Positions 17,329 through 26,383 of a stretch of 64,000 nucleotides of DNA are shown piece by piece. The position numbers and the translations under genes are program-made. The notes beneath the pieces were generated by a model that was not told the DNA's origin, ran no database searches, and saw only the letters and a list, made by a program, of their open reading frames with translations. The DNA comes from Candidatus Sulfotelmatobacter sp. GTDB taxonomy: Bacteria; Acidobacteriota; Terriglobia; Terriglobales; Acidobacteriaceae. Numbering within the stretch: the first letter of the stretch is position 1; each line of letters starts with the position of its first letter. The stretch lies in the NCBI GenBank assembly GCA_049512915.1, contig JBEKWP010000007.1, positions 32,197 through 96,196 on the forward strand, read 5' to 3'.

Positions 17329-19647
17329 TCAGTCGCCGGTTCCGATGGTCTCGCCGCGTTTCAACGTCCGGTCAAAAAAATCGGCGGTTGCAGTGTAGGC
17401 GCGCACCCAATCTCGCCACATCAGGAACCCGTGGATCTCATCCGGCAGGATCAGTTGTTCGAAGGGCACGTGCTGCGCCCGCAGGCGCTGCACCAGGTCG
17501 ACTGTTTGGATGAAGGGCACGTTGCGATCATCGTCGCCGTGGATGAGCAGTACCGGGGACTTCCAAGTGTTGACGTAGGCATCGGGCGAGGAATCCCACG
17601 CCAGCTTCACGGCGGCGTCGGTGTCGGGCGGGCGCAGCGCGAGATTGCCGAAGTAGGGTAGCTCCGTGAGGAATACGCTCCAGTCATGCACGCCGTGGAA
17701 ATCTACGCCTGCCTTGAAAAGATCTGAATTGCGCGCCAGACCCATGGCAGTCAGAAATCCGCCATAAGAACCGCCCCACAACCCGATCTTGTCGGCATCA
17801 ACTTCGGGAAGTGATTGCAGATAATGTCCTGCCGCGACGACGTCTTTGTATTCCGCTGCTCCGCGCCAGACGGTGTTCGGCGCCTCGCGAAATGCGCGTC
17901 CGTACATGATGCCGAGCCGGTAGTTCACTGACAGTACCGCATATCCGCGGCTGGCCAGATATTGATTCTCGGCGTATGCGTTGTGGTAGTAATCCATGTA
18001 GTGGAAACCGAGCAGCATCTGGCGGATAGGACCGCCGTGCGTGAAGACCAGCCCGGGCACCTTCCCCTTCACGTTGGGCGGAAGAAAAAGCTGACCGTGC
18101 AGCGTGAGTCCGTCGTCACTCTTGAAGATCACCTGCTTTGGCGTAACCAGCGCCGCCGAAGGAAAGTCAGACGGAAGAGCTTGCCTGGCGATCATATCGC
18201 GGCCCTTCGCGGTAACCTCGTACGGCATGGCCGGTGAGGTTGCCGTGGAGCCGAGGCAAAGAATGCTCTTTCCGTCGCCGGTTTGAACCGGGGACCACTC
18301 GATCGTCTGGCCTCCGGTTAGCGCGTGCTGCGGGGTGCCGCCAGCAATCGCGACTCGCCACAAGTGCCGCCGGTCGACATCATCCTGGTTCGAGGAATAG
18401 ATCAGCCAAGCCTTATCCGCACTCAGCGTGACGTCTTCCACATCGAAATCACCCGGTGTGAGCAGCGTGGCTGCGCCTCCGGCTGCAGCGATCGAGTACA
18501 TATGATTGCGGCCATCCTGCTCGGAAGCAAATACCACTCGGCCATCGGCAGCGACGTTGAGCGAGCCGTCTTCGGTGAGCTCGGGCAAAGAATCCTCGAG
18601 CTTGCCACCGCTGCGCCATAGTAAGTGTCCCGCGCCCGTAGCGGCATCGGCAATCCACAGCGACCAGGGCTCAGGACGCACCGGGATCAGTGGCATCTTC
18701 AGTTCTTCTCCGGCGGTTCGCACAAAGACGATCCACCTACCATCGGGCGACCAGCGCGGCATGGAATCCTTGTCCACGCTTGGCGCGAGGTAATGGATTG
18801 AACTGCCGTCGAAGTCGTAAATGGTGATCAAGCCATGACCGTCACGCTGGGTGACGAAAGCGATATGTTTGCCGTCGGGCGACCATTTCGGCTGAGCCGC
18901 GGATCCGCGGACTGAAGCAAGTTCCTTGGCTTGCTGCTTTCCATCAATGCTGGCAAGCCATAACTTCTTCTTCGCTGACCAGACCGCCCACTGGCCGTCG
19001 GGCGAAATCTCAATGTCTTCACAGCCCTCTTCAGGGCAACCCATATCGCCCAGCAGCCGGGGAGCGGCATCTTTAGCTTTCGCGTCCGCTTCTTTCGCAT
19101 CTACATCCAGCGCAAAAACCTGCTGCTTCGCGCCTTTGGTCCAACTGTCAGGGTTGGCACTCTCTTGCTCCCCGTTCAGTTCGCTGCCCACCACAAAAAC
19201 CACGGTCTTGCCGTCAGGAGTGAGCCGCAGGCTGGCAATGGGCTGGCCATCGTCGGCATCGTAATGAGTGACTGGGCGCGCAGTATGAGCGAAGTCCGGG
19301 CCATCGGCGATCCACACGTTGCGGACCCCTTTGGCGTCAAACACCCAGGCCACGCGGCTCCTGTGCGCGGCCGCCACGAGGTTGGTGGGAAAGGGCGAAC
19401 TCAAAACCTGCTCCACCGTGAACGGAGTTTGCGCCCAGGTATCCGTGGGAGAGCCCAGCATCGAAGCAATAAAGATCAAACCAAGAATGATCGAACCGGG
19501 AATGATCGAACCGGGAATGATGCCTGCTTGCCAATAGAGGTGGCGGAGTTCAAGTCCGCTCGGGCATGCCCACTTTGCCTTCCAAGTCGTGCGGGAGGAG
19601 TACGCGACACAGGGCTGCGCCTCCAGCGATGCCCGCGTCGGCGCCAT
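17329..19647 (-). CDS. S9 family serine peptidase (TolB-like beta-propeller plus prolyl-oligopeptidase alpha/beta-hydrolase domain)
   Basis: Repeated SPDG propeller blades. Nucleophile elbow GLWGGSYGGFL, then HGDDDRNVP and DEIHGF complete the Ser-Asp-His order. The signal-peptide-like segment RHLYWQAGIIPGSIIPGSIILGLIFIASMLGSPTDTWAQ needs the ATG at 19647. Confidence 0.85.
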   Translation of the reverse strand: MAPTRASLEAQPCVAYSSRTTWKAKWACPSGLELRHLYWQAGIIPGSIIPGSIILGLIFIASMLGSPTDTWAQTPFTVEQVLSSPFPTNLVAAAHRSRVAWVFDAKGVRNVWIADGPDFAHTARPVTHYDADDGQPIASLRLTPDGKTVVFVVGSELNGEQESANPDSWTKGAKQQVFALDVDAKEADAKAKDAAPRLLGDMGCPEEGCEDIEISPDGQWAVWSAKKKLWLASIDGKQQAKELASVRGSAAQPKWSPDGKHIAFVTQRDGHGLITIYDFDGSSIHYLAPSVDKDSMPRWSPDGRWIVFVRTAGEELKMPLIPVRPEPWSLWIADAATGAGHLLWRSGGKLEDSLPELTEDGSLNVAADGRVVFASEQDGRNHMYSIAAAGGAATLLTPGDFDVEDVTLSADKAWLIYSSNQDDVDRRHLWRVAIAGGTPQHALTGGQTIEWSPVQTGDGKSILCLGSTATSPAMPYEVTAKGRDMIARQALPSDFPSAALVTPKQVIFKSDDGLTLHGQLFLPPNVKGKVPGLVFTHGGPIRQMLLGFHYMDYYHNAYAENQYLASRGYAVLSVNYRLGIMYGRAFREAPNTVWRGAAEYKDVVAAGHYLQSLPEVDADKIGLWGGSYGGFLTAMGLARNSDLFKAGVDFHGVHDWSVFLTELPYFGNLALRPPDTDAAVKLAWDSSPDAYVNTWKSPVLLIHGDDDRNVPFIQTVDLVQRLRAQHVPFEQLILPDEIHGFLMWRDWVRAYTATADFFDRTLKRGETIGTGD
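19485..19521 (-). repeat. 15-bp tandem repeat (GAATGATCGAACCGG, about 2.5 copies) inside the S9 peptidase signal-peptide region
   Basis: Perfect units lie at 19485-19499 and 19500-19514, with a partial third. A degenerate copy lies just upstream (11/15). Encodes IIPGSIIPGSII. Confidence 0.85.
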
Positions 19648-20569
19648 AGTGGGCCATCACTAGCGGGATCTCCTGGCAACGCGAATTGACGCTCCAACGG
19701 GGTAGCCGATCGCGTATTTCTCCAAAGAAAGGTTGCAGCATGGAAGCTGCGCCGCCACCGATGATCATGACGTCGGGCTCAAGCAGGTCAACGATATTCC
19801 CGAGCCATACGGTGAGAAACTTCGCGGCCTCTTCTAAAACCTCTTTTGCCAGGGAATCGCCCGCGCAGTACGCCCGACCCACCATCTCACTGGTGATGCG
19901 ATCAATACGGCCGCCGGCGAGTTCCAGGATGGAGGAGCGGCGCCCGGCAGCGATCTTCTCCGAGGCGCTGCGGGCAATGGCGGGGCCGGAGGCTGAGGCT
20001 TCGATGCAACCCAGCTTGCCGCATCCGCAGCGCGGTCCGCGATAGTCGATAGTGTTGTGACCGCCCTCGGCTGCGGCGCCGGTGCGACCGTGATAGATGT
20101 GGCCATCGAACACAATGCCGGTGCCGATCCCCGTGCCAATGGTGGCGCAGAAAACGTTCCGATAACCGCGCCCGGCACCCCACAAGGCTTCCGCCAGGGC
20201 TGCCGCGTTGCCGTCATTGTCCACCCGAACGGGCAAGCGATAAGTCTTAGACACTAAGTCAGCCAGTGGGAAATTGCGCCAGCCCGGGAGATTCGGAGGG
20301 TTGATGACAACGCCGGTTCGGGGATCGAGCGGGCCAGGCGCGCAGATGCCGATTCCGGCGATTAAACCCTTGAAGTCCGCTTCATGATCGGTCGCGGCGC
20401 GGACCGAATCGATAGCGGAGGTCACGGCCGCCAGGCCTCCGGCGGCATCGGTTGCCACCATCGGGATGCGGGTCTGTTCAGTGATCTCGCCTATGGAATC
20501 TACGAGTCCGGCCGCCACCTTCGTGCCGCCGACGTCCACGCCGATGAAGCACGGTTCTGGAACTTGCAT
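19550..20569 (-). CDS. ROK family sugar kinase (glucokinase / N-acetylglucosamine kinase-like)
   Basis: N-terminal ATP motif IGVDVGGTKVAAGLVD. ROK zinc motif CGCGKLGCIEA. Confidence 0.85.
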   Translation of the reverse strand: MQVPEPCFIGVDVGGTKVAAGLVDSIGEITEQTRIPMVATDAAGGLAAVTSAIDSVRAATDHEADFKGLIAGIGICAPGPLDPRTGVVINPPNLPGWRNFPLADLVSKTYRLPVRVDNDGNAAALAEALWGAGRGYRNVFCATIGTGIGTGIVFDGHIYHGRTGAAAEGGHNTIDYRGPRCGCGKLGCIEASASGPAIARSASEKIAAGRRSSILELAGGRIDRITSEMVGRAYCAGDSLAKEVLEEAAKFLTVWLGNIVDLLEPDVMIIGGGAASMLQPFFGEIRDRLPRWSVNSRCQEIPLVMAHYGADAGIAGGAALCRVLLPHDLEGKVGMPERT

Positions 20570-20769
20570 GATGGACTTCGCGTATAGTCTCTAGGCTTCG
20601 TACGCGTGGATTGTGCGCCAGCCAGTTTGGAACTCCGGAATGCCTAAAAGAATATACAGGAGAAGTCGATCCGGCGTACCCCTGATTCGCAAGCTTTCGA
20701 GAGGGGTTTTCGGGGCCTGGCTAACACTTTCGCGCTGGCTCGGTCCAATAAACGGAGGGATGTGAGGCC

Positions 20770-22026
20770 TTGGACATCCGGGAGGTGTTGCAGCAGACAG
20801 CCACGTCGATTGCGGCTCACCGGCTCCGGAGCTTCCTGACGATGTTCGGGATCATTTGGGGGATCACATCCGTCATTTTGCTGGTGGGCCTCGGTAAGGG
20901 ATTCAGCCGTGACCAGAAAGAACGCCTGAAGACGATCGGCGTCGATCTGGCCATTATCTGGGGTGGACGAACCAGTGAACAAGCGGGGGGATACGCCGCC
21001 GGGCGGCCCGTTCGCCTCTCGATCGACGATGCCTATCTGATCAAGCGGGAAGCCTACTTGATCAAGACTGTGAGCCCGGAGCTGAGGCGGAGCGTCGCCG
21101 AAGTGAGCCGTTATAACGCAGCGTCGCGTCCTGTGCGCGGTGTATGGTCCGATTACCAACGCTTCCGGTCGCTTAAGGTTCAGGAAGGCCGGTTGATGAC
21201 GGAAGATGACGATCGGGAAGCCCGACGGGTAGTTATTCTCGGGGTCGAGTCGCGTGACCAGCTGTTTCCCGGCAGGCCTGCGATCGGAGAGATCTTGATG
21301 ATGAACGGTTCGCCCTACAGTGTCATCGGTGTACTTGAAAAGAAAAAGCAGAATGGCAGTTACGGAAGCGGGCCTGACAATACTCAGCTCTTTGTTCCCT
21401 ATGCGGCTATGGCGCGTGATTTTCCGCCCTCGGAGCGGCCCGGTATCTTCAAGGGATGGATCAACAACCTGGTGGTTGAAGTCGCCGATCCGGAACATCA
21501 TGAAGACGCGATGCGGCAGCTCTATCAGATTCTGGGGCGTGAGCACCACTTCGATGCCAGCGACAAAGACGCACTCTTTATCTGGGATACTTTGGAGGGG
21601 TCGAAGCTGGTGGAGCGAATTTTCGACATCATGACCATCTTCTTCGGAGCGGTGGCTCTGATGACGCTCACGCTCGGCGGCATTGGGGTCATGAATGTGA
21701 TGCTGATTGTGGTGACGGAACGGACTCGCGAGATTGGTGTCCGCAAGTCTTTGGGCGCGACAGCGGGCGACATTCGCAACCAGTTCTTCGCCGAGTCATC
21801 CGCGCTGATGATGATCAGCGGGGCCCTCGGAATTGGCATCGGCGTTGGGACTTGCATAGCGATGAACCAACTGCCGTTGCCGGATTTTGTTCCGCATCCC
21901 GTGATCTCTTTGTTGGCGATTGTGGTGTCGCTGTTGACGCTGGGATTGATCACGGTGGGTGCGGGAATGTATCCGGCGCAGCGCGCCGCAGCCCTCAGTC
22001 CGATTGAATGCCTGCGCCAGGAGTAG
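20770..22026 (+). CDS. MacB-like ABC transporter permease (MacB periplasmic core domain plus FtsX domain), no fused ATPase
   Basis: TTG start with GGAGGG 10 nt upstream. N-terminal LRSFLTMFGIIWGITSVI helix, a large periplasmic domain, and a C-terminal FtsX segment TERTREIGVRKSLGAT. Confidence 0.85.
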   Translation: MDIREVLQQTATSIAAHRLRSFLTMFGIIWGITSVILLVGLGKGFSRDQKERLKTIGVDLAIIWGGRTSEQAGGYAAGRPVRLSIDDAYLIKREAYLIKTVSPELRRSVAEVSRYNAASRPVRGVWSDYQRFRSLKVQEGRLMTEDDDREARRVVILGVESRDQLFPGRPAIGEILMMNGSPYSVIGVLEKKKQNGSYGSGPDNTQLFVPYAAMARDFPPSERPGIFKGWINNLVVEVADPEHHEDAMRQLYQILGREHHFDASDKDALFIWDTLEGSKLVERIFDIMTIFFGAVALMTLTLGGIGVMNVMLIVVTERTREIGVRKSLGATAGDIRNQFFAESSALMMISGALGIGIGVGTCIAMNQLPLPDFVPHPVISLLAIVVSLLTLGLITVGAGMYPAQRAAALSPIECLRQE

Positions 22027-22063
22027 CGGAATCACGAGTAACGGAATCACGAGTAACCGGAAT
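22027..22063 (+). repeat. intergenic 15-bp tandem repeat (CGGAATCACGAGTAA x2 plus a partial copy running into the next start codon)
   Basis: Units lie at 22027-22041 and 22042-22056. The partial third copy CCGGAATGC contains ATG 22062 of the downstream permease. Confidence 0.85.
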
Positions 22064-23318
22064 GCAGATAAAAGAACTGATCCTGCAAAGCTGGGATGCC
22101 CTGACCCGCAACCGTCTGCGGTCGATCCTGACCATGATGGGGATCGTGTGGGGCCTGACGACCGTGGTTCTTCTGCTCGGCTACGGCGAAAGCGTAAGCC
22201 AGGGTGTGCTTAATGCGTTTCTCGGTATCGGAAACAGTGTCATCATGGTCTGGGAGGGTCAGACCAGCATGCAGGCCGGCGGCGAACGCGCCGGCAAGCG
22301 CATTCACTTCAAATATGAAGACATTCAGGCCATCCGCGACGATGCTCCGCTGGTTCGGCTGGTGAGTGCGGAATGGGACGATCCATTCGCTTACAAGTAC
22401 GGTGACAAAGTAATCTCTGTCCAGACAAAAGCAGTGCAGTATCCCTATCGCGAGCTGCGCAAGCTAAATATTGCCGAAGGCCGTTATTTCGAAGAGAGCG
22501 ACTTCAGCGAACACCGTCATGTTCTCATCTTCGGACCCAATGCAGCCAAGAAAGTATTTGGCGGTCGAGATCCCGTGGGCGACCACGTGACCATCAACGG
22601 AGAAACCTGGGATGTGATTGGGCTGTTGCAACTTAAGATCCAGGACTCATCCAACAACGGTCCGGACAACGAGAATGTGTTCATGCCTTTCGAAAGCATG
22701 AGGGATATCAATGATGAGCGCGATCCCCATATGATTGTGTTCCAGGCAGTCACGCCGCTGCTGCACAAGGCGGCGCTGGCGCAGGTGCGGGAAGTGCTGG
22801 CCCGACGGCATAACTTTAATCCCAAGGATGACAAGTCGACTCCGGAGTGGGACACGGTGGATGACACCAAGGACATTGAACAATTTGGAATCGCGCTTCG
22901 GTTGATTCTGGGATTCGTAGGGGCGTTGACGCTGGGAGTCGGCGGCGTGGGCGTGATGAATATCATGCTGGTCAGCGTAACCGAACGCACCAAAGAGGTG
23001 GGTTTGCGGAAGGCGCTCGGGGCACGTAATCGCGATATCGCGCTGCAGTTCCTGGTGGAGGCGCTGGTGCTCACCTTCGTTGCCGGCGCAGTTGGGATGC
23101 TGGTTTCTGTCGTGCTGGCGCACACGATTCCACCGATGCCACTCTACTCTGACATGTATAAGACAGCCAATCACGAGGGCGACATCTTCCTGAGGACAAA
23201 TTTCAGCGTGATGCTGACCGCATTCCTGATTCTTGCCTTCGTCGGCGTAGTGGCTGGCACGTGGCCCGCGTTGAAAGCCGCTGGCATGGAACCGGTGGAG
23301 GCGCTCCGCTACGAGTAG
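22062..23318 (+). CDS. MacB-like ABC transporter permease (second, tandem paralog)
   Basis: MQIKELILQSWDALTRNRLRSILTMMGIVWG matches the N-terminus of the upstream paralog. FtsX segment TERTKEVGLRKALGAR. The start was set to ATG 22062; the track start lies inside the repeat. Confidence 0.85.
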   Translation: MQIKELILQSWDALTRNRLRSILTMMGIVWGLTTVVLLLGYGESVSQGVLNAFLGIGNSVIMVWEGQTSMQAGGERAGKRIHFKYEDIQAIRDDAPLVRLVSAEWDDPFAYKYGDKVISVQTKAVQYPYRELRKLNIAEGRYFEESDFSEHRHVLIFGPNAAKKVFGGRDPVGDHVTINGETWDVIGLLQLKIQDSSNNGPDNENVFMPFESMRDINDERDPHMIVFQAVTPLLHKAALAQVREVLARRHNFNPKDDKSTPEWDTVDDTKDIEQFGIALRLILGFVGALTLGVGGVGVMNIMLVSVTERTKEVGLRKALGARNRDIALQFLVEALVLTFVAGAVGMLVSVVLAHTIPPMPLYSDMYKTANHEGDIFLRTNFSVMLTAFLILAFVGVVAGTWPALKAAGMEPVEALRYE

Positions 23319-23381
23319 GCTGGAGGCGGTCTCCGGAGAAGCACTTGCGGGGACCTTGAGTTGTATCATTCATGCATCGCC

Positions 23382-24005
23382 ATGCCGGGTCATTCTCCAG
23401 CTTCCAAAGTCCGGGTCAAAGATCAGGAACTGATTCAAATCGTGGACTCCGCCTTGGCTGAGGCGGCGCGCCGCAGCCGCGAGTGGCTGGTCTGCCGCCC
23501 TGGGTGCACACAGTGCTGCATCGGAGCATTCCCCATCAATCAACTCGATGCGCTGCGGCTGCGAGGAGGACTTGCCGATCTGGAATTGCATGCGCCCGAG
23601 CGCGCTGATGGCATACGCAGACGCGCCCGCGAGTCGGTTGCGCGTTTATCCGGAGATTTTCCCGGCGATCCAGTGAGCGGTATTCTGGACGAGGGAGACG
23701 ACGCGGCTCAACGTTTCTCTGATTTTGCGAACGATGAGCCTTGCCCCGCGCTCGATCCTGAAACGGGGAATTGCGAACTCTACGAATCCCGTCCGATCAC
23801 CTGCCGCGTTTTTGGACCGCCAGTTCGGTCCGAAGATGGCTTGGGGGTCTGCGAACTCTGCTACCACGGAGCTTCGGATGAGGAGATTGCCGCGTGCGAG
23901 ATGAAGCCTGACCCCAACGGCCTGGAATCTGCCTTGCTCAAAACGGTTGAAGCACGTGTGGGAACTCGCGGAAACACGATCATCGCGTTTTGCCTGGCAT
24001 CGTGA
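23382..24005 (+). CDS. YkgJ/UPF0153 family cysteine-cluster (CxxCxxCC) protein
   Basis: CRPGCTQCCIGAFPI motif plus later Cys residues (CPALD, CELYESRPITCR, CELCYHG). The start is uncertain: TTG 23361 or in-frame ATG 23382. Confidence 0.7.
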   Translation: MPGHSPASKVRVKDQELIQIVDSALAEAARRSREWLVCRPGCTQCCIGAFPINQLDALRLRGGLADLELHAPERADGIRRRARESVARLSGDFPGDPVSGILDEGDDAAQRFSDFANDEPCPALDPETGNCELYESRPITCRVFGPPVRSEDGLGVCELCYHGASDEEIAACEMKPDPNGLESALLKTVEARVGTRGNTIIAFCLAS

Positions 24006-24009
24006 GCCA

Positions 24010-25815
24010 TCAAGTCTTCTTTTTCTCCAGCTCAGCCCAGCGGGCGTAAAGCTGATCCACTTTGTCCTGAGCCGCTGCCATCTCTGCGTGAGCAGTCACC
24101 AGACGCGGAGCGTCGCTGACAATCTTGGGATCTTCCAGCTGTTCGCGCTTGGCCTGCAGTTCGAGTTCGGCATCGGCAACGCGCAGCTCGATGGAGTCGT
24201 ATTCGCGCGCTTCCAGGTACGACAGTTTCCTTTTCCCAGCAGACTGTCGGGCGTTCTCCGCCGACACCGCAGCAGGCCGCGCGTCGTTCCTCGCCTTCTG
24301 CTCGGTCTCTTCCAGCCATGTCTCCCACTGGGAGTAGTCGGCGAAAAGCCCCGCGCTTCCCTGCCCGTCGAGCCCGAGAACCACTGTGGATACGCGGTCC
24401 AGCATGTAGCGGTCATGCGTCACCAGGACGAGTGAGCCGCGAAATTCCAGCAGGCTTTCTTCGAGTATGTCGAGCGTCGGGATGTCGAGGTCGTTGGTGG
24501 GCTCATCGAGCAGGAGGACGTCGGCGGGCTGCAGCATGAGCTGCGCAATCAGAACCCGTGCCCGTTCCCCACCGGAAAGCTTGCCCACTGGTTGATTGAG
24601 TTGCTCACCGGCGAACAGGAACTTTGCCGCCCACGAGGCCACGTGAACCTGGCGGTCTTGATACACCACGGAATCGCCTTCCGGAGCCAGCGCGCGGCGC
24701 AGGGTTATATCCGGGTCCAGCTCGCGGCTCTGGTCGAAATAAACAATGCGCAGCCAGTCGGCGCGCTGAATTTGGCCGCTTGCCGGGGCTGATTCCCCGC
24801 GCAGTAATCGAAGTAAGCTCGTCTTCCCGCTGCCGTTTGGCCCGACTAATCCCACCCTCATCCCGGCGGTGATTACAAAGTTGAGACCTGCAAAAAGGGT
24901 GCGGCCGCCGATCTCGCATCCAACGTTTTCCAGTTCGATCAGCCGCTTCGTCTTTCGGTCGGTGGCCGAGAAGTCAATGAGCGCGGTTCCGCTGCGGCGC
25001 CGGAAATTCAGGTCCGCGAGTTCACCCATCAGCTCGCCTGCCTTGTCGATGCGCGCCTTGGATTTTCTTGTCCTCGCTTTGGCTCCACGGCGCAGCCACT
25101 CGATCTCCCGGTGTACCAGGTTCTCGAGCGCTTCCTGGCGCTTGGACTGTGCGTGCAGGAATTCTTCTTTCTTCTCCAGGAACCGGGTATAGCCTCCGGA
25201 AACGCGCAGCAACCCGTCGGGATAGGTCCGGTTCAGTTCCGCCATTTCGGTGGCAACATTCTCGAGAAAATAGCGATCGTGACTGACCACCACGCAGGCA
25301 AATGATGCGGCCTCAAGCAAGGCTTCGAGCCACTCGATTCCCGCCAGGTCCAGATGATTTGTAGGTTCATCCAGCAGGAGTATGTCGGGAGCTTGAACGA
25401 GCGCCTCGACAATCGCGAGCCGTTTCTGCCAGCCGCCCGATAGTGCGGACGCCTCCGCCTCCAGGTTCTCGAAGCGAGCGCGGCCCAGAGTTTCGGCAAA
25501 GCGAGTGCCCTGCTCCGACTCCGGCACGCCGGCTTGCTCCATCGCGCTCCGCGCAATGGAGCGCACTGTCGATCCGGGCTTGAATTGCGAGTCCTGCTCG
25601 ACATAGCTGAGCCGGATCCGTTTCCGGACGGCGATTTCGCCGCTGTCGGGCGTCACATCGCCGGCGAGAATCCGCAGCAGCGTGGATTTGCCGGAGCCGT
25701 TCGGGCCGATCAGCCCAATGCGGTCGCCCTCCGAAACCGTGAAGCAGATGTTCTGAAATAGCGGATTGGCTCCAAAGGCCTTCGAGATTTCCTGCGCATT
25801 GATGATCGGCGGCAC
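24010..25815 (-). CDS. ABC-F family ATPase (Uup/EttA-like, two ABC domains, no membrane domain)
   Basis: Two Walker A sites (GLIGPNGSGKST, GLVGPNGSGKTS), two signatures (LSGGWQKR, LSGGERAR) and a coiled-coil C-terminus. The start was set to GTG 25815 with GGAGAG 9 nt upstream. The track's 781-aa ORF has a non-protein-like N-terminal extension that overlaps the PilZ gene. Confidence 0.85.
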   Translation of the reverse strand: MPPIINAQEISKAFGANPLFQNICFTVSEGDRIGLIGPNGSGKSTLLRILAGDVTPDSGEIAVRKRIRLSYVEQDSQFKPGSTVRSIARSAMEQAGVPESEQGTRFAETLGRARFENLEAEASALSGGWQKRLAIVEALVQAPDILLLDEPTNHLDLAGIEWLEALLEAASFACVVVSHDRYFLENVATEMAELNRTYPDGLLRVSGGYTRFLEKKEEFLHAQSKRQEALENLVHREIEWLRRGAKARTRKSKARIDKAGELMGELADLNFRRRSGTALIDFSATDRKTKRLIELENVGCEIGGRTLFAGLNFVITAGMRVGLVGPNGSGKTSLLRLLRGESAPASGQIQRADWLRIVYFDQSRELDPDITLRRALAPEGDSVVYQDRQVHVASWAAKFLFAGEQLNQPVGKLSGGERARVLIAQLMLQPADVLLLDEPTNDLDIPTLDILEESLLEFRGSLVLVTHDRYMLDRVSTVVLGLDGQGSAGLFADYSQWETWLEETEQKARNDARPAAVSAENARQSAGKRKLSYLEAREYDSIELRVADAELELQAKREQLEDPKIVSDAPRLVTAHAEMAAAQDKVDQLYARWAELEKKKT

Positions 25816-25920
25816 CGACTTGGGCTCTCCCGGAGCTAAATTGAGGTTATCAGGAAAAGCAAAGCTGCACGGTATGCCTGCACAGCTACGTCCATTGGAG
25901 ATGCTGCCTGCCCCGGCATC

Positions 25921-26319
25921 ATGGTTAAAATAGACTGCGAAGTCTACGCGGGGGCGCCAGCAATGGAAGATAGCGACCGGGATCGCTCTTTCCGCGAGGA
26001 GCAGCGGCCGGAACGAAGGGTGCATCCGCGCGTTAGAGTGAGAGTCCCAGTTCAGTTGTTTGCCCCGGGCAGCGACGTTCCCCAGCGTGGAGCGACTTCC
26101 GATATTAGCGAAGCCGGTTGCTATATCGAAACCATGTTTCCGTTTCCTGTCGGGACCAGCCTCGAAATGAGCCTCCAGCTTGAAGGTACACTGCTGGCGA
26201 TGGGCACGGTGGTCACCTGCGACCCCCAGGTTGGGAACGGAATCGAGTTCGCTAGAATGCTGCCTGAAGATTTGGAAGAACTGCGGGCCTTCGTGATGAC
26301 CGCACAAGAAGCCGAGTGA
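25921..26319 (+). CDS. PilZ domain protein (candidate c-di-GMP receptor)
   Basis: RRVHPRVRVR (RxxxR) followed by ATSDISEAGCYI (D/NxSxxG). The start could also be ATG 25963. Confidence 0.75.
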   Translation: MVKIDCEVYAGAPAMEDSDRDRSFREEQRPERRVHPRVRVRVPVQLFAPGSDVPQRGATSDISEAGCYIETMFPFPVGTSLEMSLQLEGTLLAMGTVVTCDPQVGNGIEFARMLPEDLEELRAFVMTAQEAE

Positions 26320-26383
26320 CGATTTCGGCTCGGCTTCGCATCCCTTCGGCGACAAACTCTCAGCAACCGTTCATAATGTCCCC

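Noticed and set aside
25816-26355. N-terminal 180-residue extension of the ABC-F ORF in the track (start 26355).
   Set aside because: The extension has a non-protein-like sequence and overlaps the convincing PilZ gene on the opposite strand. A GTG with a GGAGAG RBS at 25815 gives the family-typical N-terminus.
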